From the NCBI GenBank assembly GCA_964035545.1, contig OZ037765.1, forward strand, positions 11,232,698 through 11,296,697: a stretch of 64,000 nt of DNA, given 5' to 3'. Both the position numbers and the translations under genes were made by a program. Shown one piece after another: positions 56,485 through 64,000 of the stretch; position 1 is the stretch's first letter, and the number at the start of each line of letters is the position of its first letter. The notes below the pieces were generated by a model. That model saw only the letters and a list, made by a program, of their open reading frames with translations, ran no database searches and had not been told where the DNA came from. This DNA comes from Bugula neritina. Lineage: Eukaryota; Animalia; Bryozoa.

Positions 56485-58189
56485 ATGGTGCCTATGCTTG
56501 GACCTTCATTTGTTGCTGCAAATGGAATTTGCGTTCCCAACTATCCTAATATTAAGGAAAATCTTGAATGTCTGAAAGATTTTAAACCTCGGAAAAATGA
56601 TTTTTTCTTTTACTCTTATCCAAAATCAGGTGAGTAGAAAAAAATATATTTAGAATATTGCTTTTCTGTACTTTGCTTTTATTGAACAAAATGGCTGCTT
56701 ATATTATTAATATATGTTACATTATTAATGCATATTATAATAATGATACAGGAGTTTCTCAGTACCTAGCTATGTTTTGGACAGGTACGCATTGGGTCAA
56801 TGAGATCCTTACAATGTTGCTCTCAGGAGATGCAAACTATTCGCCTGAAGCAATAAAAAACTTGGAAAGTGGTAATTACAATAGCCCAGAAGACAGTCCT
56901 TTTAGAATATTGCATTCACACCTTCCATTGGACTTGCTACCTCCAGCTCTTCTTCAGCAGAAGATGGTTTATGTAATGAGAAATCCCAGGGATCAAATTG
57001 TGTCCTTGTATTTTCACCATCAAGGTTTAAAGTGGTCAAACGAAATGACTTTTGAGGAGTTTTTCTACAGCATTTTGGAGAACCCAACAAAAGGTGAGAC
57101 AGAAATTATGCATTCTAGTTGTTGTTCAGTGTAATTGTTGTTTTATGTTTTTGCATTATAGTTAGGTGATCAAATAAGTTCATTGACCTTATGTTCAACA
57201 TTCCAGTTTAGTATTCTCAGTATTACCATTTCCTAATAAAGCTAATACCGGGAAACTTTCATGCTCTTGATCTCAATAATTTGTTTATCATTCTTTTGGC
57301 TTACACCCAACTAATTAGGAGATTATAATATGGTGCCAGATATCTGTTGGAAATTAATACTAGAAAATATGTCTTAATAGCTAAATTCTTTTTTGCATGT
57401 AGTTGAATATGGAAACTGGTTCAGGAATGCTTATCAATGGTGGCTTCATTTCCATTCCAACAAAAACGTCTTAATTTTGTTCTATGAAGATCTAATACAG
57501 GTAAAACTCTTCAACTACAGCACTTCTATCATTCCAACCTCTGGGGTTGATGTATTTTATTTATTGGCAATGTGTTGTGAAATAAAATTGCTCAAAGTAA
57601 AGCCATGTCTACAGTCATGGTGGAAGATAACTTTGCACTGACATATTCTTGTATTTCTAGGATCTTCGGAGCCAAATTGAAAGAATTGCCAAATTTTATC
57701 AACTAGATCATGTCACCAAAGAGCTTCTGGACGAGATTTCTATCAAGACTCAGTTTGTTCAGATGAAGCATAGTAAGCCAGTACCGGAATGGTTTTCCGA
57801 CTGGCATAAAGACTCCTTTTCTATCTACCGTAAAGGTATAGTAACTATTTATAAAAATGGGTCTGAAGTACAAAAATGCCTCAGCATTTTCCTGCTGGTT
57901 TTAGTAATTTATCTAGATTTAGCATTACGATGTAAAATATGTGGCTTATCAGTTTTCTACATTTTAAAGCTTATATTTGTGTGTAGGTGTGAATGGGAAC
58001 TGGCAAAACTACTTTACTCCTGCTATGAATGATGCTTTCCAATTATACAGTAGTCAGGTCATAGAGAACCACCAATATCCAGCATGCTATCAGTTATGCA
58101 AAAGATATATCTCTAGTAATCCTATTGCTAAGCATCAGGAACCAGCCGAAGTTGTGGAAAGAAAACAAGAAGTTGCATTGGCGCACTGA
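56485..58189 (+). CDS. Cytosolic PAPS-dependent sulfotransferase (SULT family)
   Basis: Exons 56485-56629, 56785-57093, 57403-57500, 57661-57835 and 57987-58189. Motifs YPKSGTHW, HSHLP, YVMRNPRDQIVS, FYEDL and RKGVNGNWQNYF. Confidence 0.93.
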
Positions 58190-58757
58190 AGCAATCTGAT
58201 AATTTAATTACTTTATGTTATATTGTATTATGATACAATCCTTTGTAAATTTCTACTACTTTTAGTTATTATTGCTATTTATTTACTAACTTTATTGTCC
58301 ACATAATTTAATTATGTGTTAATTTATTACTCAATGGAAATTGCAACCATAAAATAGTGATAATATGATATATGATAATATGAATATTTTTGCTGATATT
58401 TTAAATCTTTGGTGTTCAAAGCTTGATGCAGAATAACTTACCAGGCCTTGAATAGTTTTAATTATTTGCGAAAATGCATTTGTTTAATGTGCTAATTGAC
58501 ATTTATCTTTTAATCCCTCTTTATTTCTTTGGTACAGGCCTACTATGGGTATATATCATACAACTTTATAATACAATGTTTCTAAAGTATATAACATGCA
58601 TTGTATGTATTATATAAGTATGGTGGTTTCATTTATGCAATACATTTTCAACATGACACATTTTACCTTTGCAGTTTCATATTTGACTGATATTTGCATA
58701 ATTTAGAAAAGTCAACAAAAAATTCAGGAGTATTCTCTATTATTATATGCATTTTGC

Positions 58758-58760
<3 letters not shown>

Positions 58761-58800
<40 letters not shown>
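58761..58800. repeat. (TA)n microsatellite
   Basis: About 20 perfect units. Confidence 0.97.
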
Positions 58801-58804
<4 letters not shown>

Positions 58805-60464
58805 CATTGAGCATAGCAAATTAAAATCAGTGCAAGTGTTATAACAAAAATTGTTTTTTATATTCATATAAAACCCAAATGCATAGCAGTCCAACAAACT
58901 GCTGTTATATAGGCTTGCTGCAGATCGTTATTTTGAATTGCAGAACTGTAAGTAGCACCTAGCCTGTTGTAGTACACTGTGCTTTCAACCCTTGATGTTA
59001 TATAAATCACATTTATTTATGTGTACAATCATCTATTTAAAAGGAAATAAGATCAAAAAGTACAAGTCTTGCCAGTAGATTAGTAAAATGTTGATAGACA
59101 ATAAATTGTTTAGTTATCGTACAAGTGCAGGCAGTACAGTTCATTGCAGGGCATATTCTATATTTTTATCTATTCTTGCCTCTGAGTCAGATCATGTACA
59201 GAAGACTGATTTAGTGTAAAGGAAGAAAAATGTTCCAAAAAGTATTTTTCATGAAAAGTGTAAAGCTTGTATACTTAATACTTGTTTGCACATTGCTAAG
59301 AGCTAAGTACTAATCTAGTGATATGGTGTTGAACCCATGAGGCTAAAATTTGCTTATATTTGACCTTGAAAGTAATTACTGCTATAATTGTTTTAAACCA
59401 AGATCATTTCAGCTTTACAATACATACCAGTTGCGTTATCTTTTTATATTTGCTATACTAAAAGTAGCAGTTTTTTTAAAATACAAGTTGATACGTTTTT
59501 AATCTATAATAGTTGAAATTAGCATCTTAAAGCCTATACCTGTTAAATTAGTGCACAACTAAGTTGTAACATGAAGCAAGATCTTGCTGAAAGCAATTTG
59601 AATAATTTATCTCTTTTTTATCTCAACAGTTAACTTTTGGTCTAAACTCTCAAGCTATCAGTCATGCGTGACCATTTTTTTCAAAAGTACCCTAAATCTT
59701 TCTGCATGAGTTTTGTGGTCATGAATGCATTTTCTAATCGTAGATATTAAGATTTATTAATTAAAAATATATATAGAAAATGGCTAAAGTCAAATCACTA
59801 AAAAGAATGGGAAGAAATCTCAAAGATTACTATTTTGCTAGTCTAGGTTTATTTCAACATGTCTACCTAAAACAGTTTAAATTGTTGTGCATTAAGCTGC
59901 TGCAGATGACAAAAAGTGTATGATAGTCAATTATGTAATGGAAAGTACTAAACCAAAACTCATTAAAAGTTGTTATAGTGCTTAACACCTTTTGCAACTA
60001 TGTTGCCCCTGAGTATGCCCTTTAAGATGTGGCTTTATTCTATGTTATTGCAGGTACTAGTAAAACTACAATCTATGATAGTTGGTGCACAAGGCTTGAT
60101 CATAGTGAGCAGTAAGATGTTATAAATACAAATCAATAAGAACCACAGATCCAGTGTTACTAGTCAAGTCAGCTGCTCATACTGCAATACTTTAAATAAG
60201 GAGCAACTTAACTTTTAGAATGCACAAATAATTTTATTTATTGCAATATTGAACTGTGTTGTGCCATATCACATGTGAAGGAAAACTATCCATTACTCCA
60301 TTTTGTTCATTTTCATAAATCAATGGGAAATAAAATAAACCAGCTGCCTATCAGTATTATTTGACCCATTCAATTTACTAGTTGCATAAATATTTCAACT
60401 ATAAGCTTGTGCCAAAATGCTTGCATTTTTTTCTTAACTTCTTAAAACTTTTGCCACCAGTTAT

Positions 60465-60720
60465 GAAACCGTAAACAAAATCGTTGCTAACAATTTAAAA
60501 ACGATGACTCAATCTATACAAAGCTGACAGAAGCTCGCTAACAATGTAATGATATTATGATAACCATCCAGCGCAGGAGTTGTTGGCTGCTTTGGGAAAG
60601 ATTGAAGTATAACTTCCACCAATCACCGAACGCCAAATATTGGTGAATGAGTGCGGGGACCCATATACCCGTACCAATGAAATCATATTTTACTTTTAAA
60701 CTCTCATTGGTTTCCGATCA
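60465..60720 (+). promoter_or_regulatory. Inferred promoter/first exon of an unidentified plus-strand transcript
   Basis: CpG cluster, candidate donor tg|gtgaat at 60643, and a periodic tract on the right side only. Confidence 0.5.
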
Positions 60721-60769
60721 AAATCTTGCACTTAATAATAAAAAATTCCAAAATCTAAAATAGTGGAAC

Positions 60770-61780
60770 CCACTATGACTATGCTGACGTTATAATAGCT
60801 TAAAAGTAATTAATAGTGAGAGTAATACAAATGCAATAAAATTCTATAAAAAACCACTATTAGTATTAGTACTACTATAGGTATATAAATATTCTTTGCA
60901 CTAGTACTAGGTCTGGTACTAGTACTTAGTAATAGTAGTGGTACTACTACTAGTACTACTACTAGTACTAGTAGTAGTAGTAGTTATGTACAGTGTACTT
61001 GTAGTAGAGTGTAGACTAGTGCTAGTAGACGTAGCACTACTACTAGTATTTTCACTATAACTACTACTAGTTTAGGAGTATCAGTGTGACTATGAGTAAT
61101 ACTTATACTTATACTTATAGTAATACTTACTGATTGTTTTACTCTTAGTCTGATATAGTTAAACTTTTACTCACTTATTCACTAACTTATTGTTAACCAT
61201 ATCGTTAAATTTAATCAATAATGTCACTCATATTCATAGTGACTTTGAGTAGTAGCACTAACTCTAAAAGTAAAAGTAAGTCCAACACTTATCACTTATG
61301 GCTAACAGTTAACACTAACGTCCAACAGGAAGTAAGTAGTACAACAGTAACACTATCAGTAGCACTATGAGTATGAGTATGACTATCAGTGATACTGATA
61401 CTATTAGAGTAACTGTAACTCAAAGTGTAACACCAACTGTTGAACTTAAACTTTAAGTATCACCGTAAATATCAATATAATCATCAGTTTGAGTGCGACA
61501 AAAACAATGAGAATAACTATTACTATAGTCTTCAAGTATCAGCATGTGCTTTACTAACTATAAGTAAAAGTATCACCATAATCATCATGATAAAGTAGAT
61601 GTCATTACGATTATAATTATTATTATTATATGTTATAATACTTTCAAACTCCATCACTGTCAGTATTACTGAGTTTAACTATCTCAATATGTATGTATTA
61701 ATGTTATGACTATGATTATTAGTATTACTAATAGTAATAGCATAATAATAGTTTGCAGTATCACTATCATAATGACTATA
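60770..61780. repeat. Promoter-flanking-type periodic tract
   Basis: actactactagtactactactagtactagtagtagt, actatcagtagcactatgagtatgagtatgactatcagt, acttatacttatacttatagt. Confidence 0.9.
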
Positions 61781-62237
61781 AAAAAATTGAATTGACATTG
61801 ATTTAATATGGAGTTGAAAAACTGAATGATATGAAAAAATTACCACTCCCAAAGCTCACAAAATTATGAAAAACAAAATGGTGAAAGTAAGCAAACAATA
61901 TAAATCATTAAAACTTAAAAAGTAATGTGCCATAATATTATCAAAAACACTATACTTTGATATGGCTTAGTAGTGAACAAGATCATCTCACTCTAAAATA
62001 TCTAAATTTGATGTTTTTTATATTACTAAAACTCAGTGTGATAGAGTTTTGGTATTGGTAGTCATTAATAATGATTTTTTTATATATGTAATTAAAATGT
62101 ATTATATGAACTTGCAGAGTGTAACGTTGACTCTACCTAAAAAGTTTTTGGTAATGCATCAACTGATACACATGCTGGTGGTAATCAGGTCTTCGATTTA
62201 AAATGCACAAAAAATAAATTTATTGACCATATTTTTT

Positions 62238-62334
62238 TCTGACATTACCAATGACCCAGCTGGGCTTTGAACTAATGGCCTAGTGCAATGGGTGGTGTTG
62301 GTCAGTGTTGCACCAACTGGACTATAGCTGTGCC
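62238..62334 (-). mobile_element. Degraded tRNA-derived SINE head (family 2-like)
   Basis: Minus strand tagtccagttgg ... agttcaaagcc ... cattggtaatgtcag. Confidence 0.45.
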
Positions 62335-64000
62335 AGAATTCTGTTCTAGTCTTTAAGTTAAATTTTTATTTGAATTTTAACAATTATACCGCTATTAGAA
62401 ATTTTGACTCTGTGAAAATGCTGAAAATTTTTTTCTAATTTGTAATTGCCTGAAAAGTTATGCGCAAACAGTAGTTGAGTACTTTAAACAATGATTACGT
62501 TGCGTTTTGACTTGGTGCTTTTTTGAGAGCAAAAATCTAGTTATCAAGAAATAGGGGTAAATTTATTGAGGCTACCTATTTAAATAATAAAGCACTATTT
62601 GTTGACTTTGTATGCAGAATATTGAAGAACTTGCATACTTGATTGGTACCATGCCAGTAAATTAGTTTTAATCAACATCTCGTAAATGGTAATTGGTAAT
62701 ATGCACAATATAGTATTTAGTATGTCAGCAATGGCGCTATGGACCCCTTTTTTTAACTTTTCCAAGTATAATACGGCTAATGCATAATTTTTTTGTACTT
62801 TATAAACTTCAAAACACTAGGAATGCTATTGAAGCTTTTGAAATGGTAGGAGAAAGATTTGTAAGCAATAATGAGCTTTTCAACTTTGAAAAAGTACTAT
62901 TAAATTGAAAGCTTATAAATATAAACCTTTGGCTATGGCAATGGATTTATAATTAATGATTATAACGCTATCAAGACCTAACTTCAATTTAGGTATTTTT
63001 CGAATTGAGCAATAATGTACGACCAATTCAACTAGCATTGGTACGTTCTATTCCTATCAAGGTGCTGGTAATTCAGGTAATTATTATGTGACTAAAATTT
63101 TCATAGTAATTTTATTTTGAAAAAATTTGTAAGGTATATTTACAGAATAATAGTTAATATAAAATTGGTTTGTTGGAATACTATTTATAATCTACTTGAT
63201 GAAACTTAGATTTAGTTTTACCAATTCATTTCAGCCTTTCTTTAGTTTGGTGCAGTGTTCATAGACCACTTTTTATAAGTTTGTTGAGAAAACATAAGCG
63301 AAATCAAGCAACATCATCATTAGCTGTTGGTTTTTAGTAGAATAAGATTAAAATGCATAATATAATGAAATAAATAAACATTCAGCCAAAAATAGTTGGT
63401 GCATTTACTGTTTTTTTCTTCTATGTTTCAGTAGCTGCAATGCATCAGTGACTGTTATATATTAGCAGTTGTAGTGTACCAGTAACTGTAATGCACCAGT
63501 AATCGGTATTAATTGGTTTAAGTTTCGAAATTATTGGCCTTTAGAAAAACATAAGTCTAGAAGTGACCTACTTGTTATGGGTATAAAATCCCTTAATATG
63601 TAAGCACCAGCAGTTGACAGAGCCGTGGTCATTCTGGTTGGCACCGAGATAGGCTTATGTCAAGGTGCATCACTCTAAAGGCCAAGTCTAGTTCATTGAC
63701 CTACTGTGTGTGATTAATTAAAAGTATTGGAATGTTTTTTACAGGTTATTCGTTCAAATTTTTCTATTTTAGTATAAAATTCATATGCTTTGATTGCAAA
63801 GCTGGCATCATTATTTACAAAAACAGGCTGTTCTTGCCTCACCCAACAGAGGTAATATTATTTAATGATTGACATTTTTCATTAATTATAATTTCCTAAT
63901 GTGGAAAATATTGAAAGGGGAAAATTTTTGTTTCAGAAACATGGGAATTTTTATTATTAGAGAATATTAAAATAAAAATTTGGCTCTTATTTGTGTTTAC

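Overview
AT-rich, intron-containing genomic DNA from an invertebrate animal; the taxon cannot be fixed from this window. I reconstructed seven spliced protein-coding genes by hand from GT-AG sites and frame continuity: DHRS4 (-, 3' end outside the window), BUD31 (+), TCP1/CCT-alpha (-), a crotonase/enoyl-CoA hydratase-family gene (+), RagC/D (-), RABGEF1/Rabex-5 (+) and a cytosolic sulfotransferase (+). The first six form three head-to-head pairs separated by tight tail-to-tail junctions. Introns contain several MITE-like DNA elements, tRNA-derived SINEs, a LINE fragment and satellites. The most unusual signal is at the promoters. Each inferred promoter is a short CpG-retaining patch flanked, on each transcribed side, by 0.3-1.5 kb of degenerate 3/6-bp-periodic, locally palindromic DNA. 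Its units differ mainly by complementary swaps (C<->G, A<->T). The same signature occurs at two sites with no annotated gene start (about 46.3 kb and 60.5 kb), which predicts hidden promoters there. All coordinates were read by eye and no searches were run.
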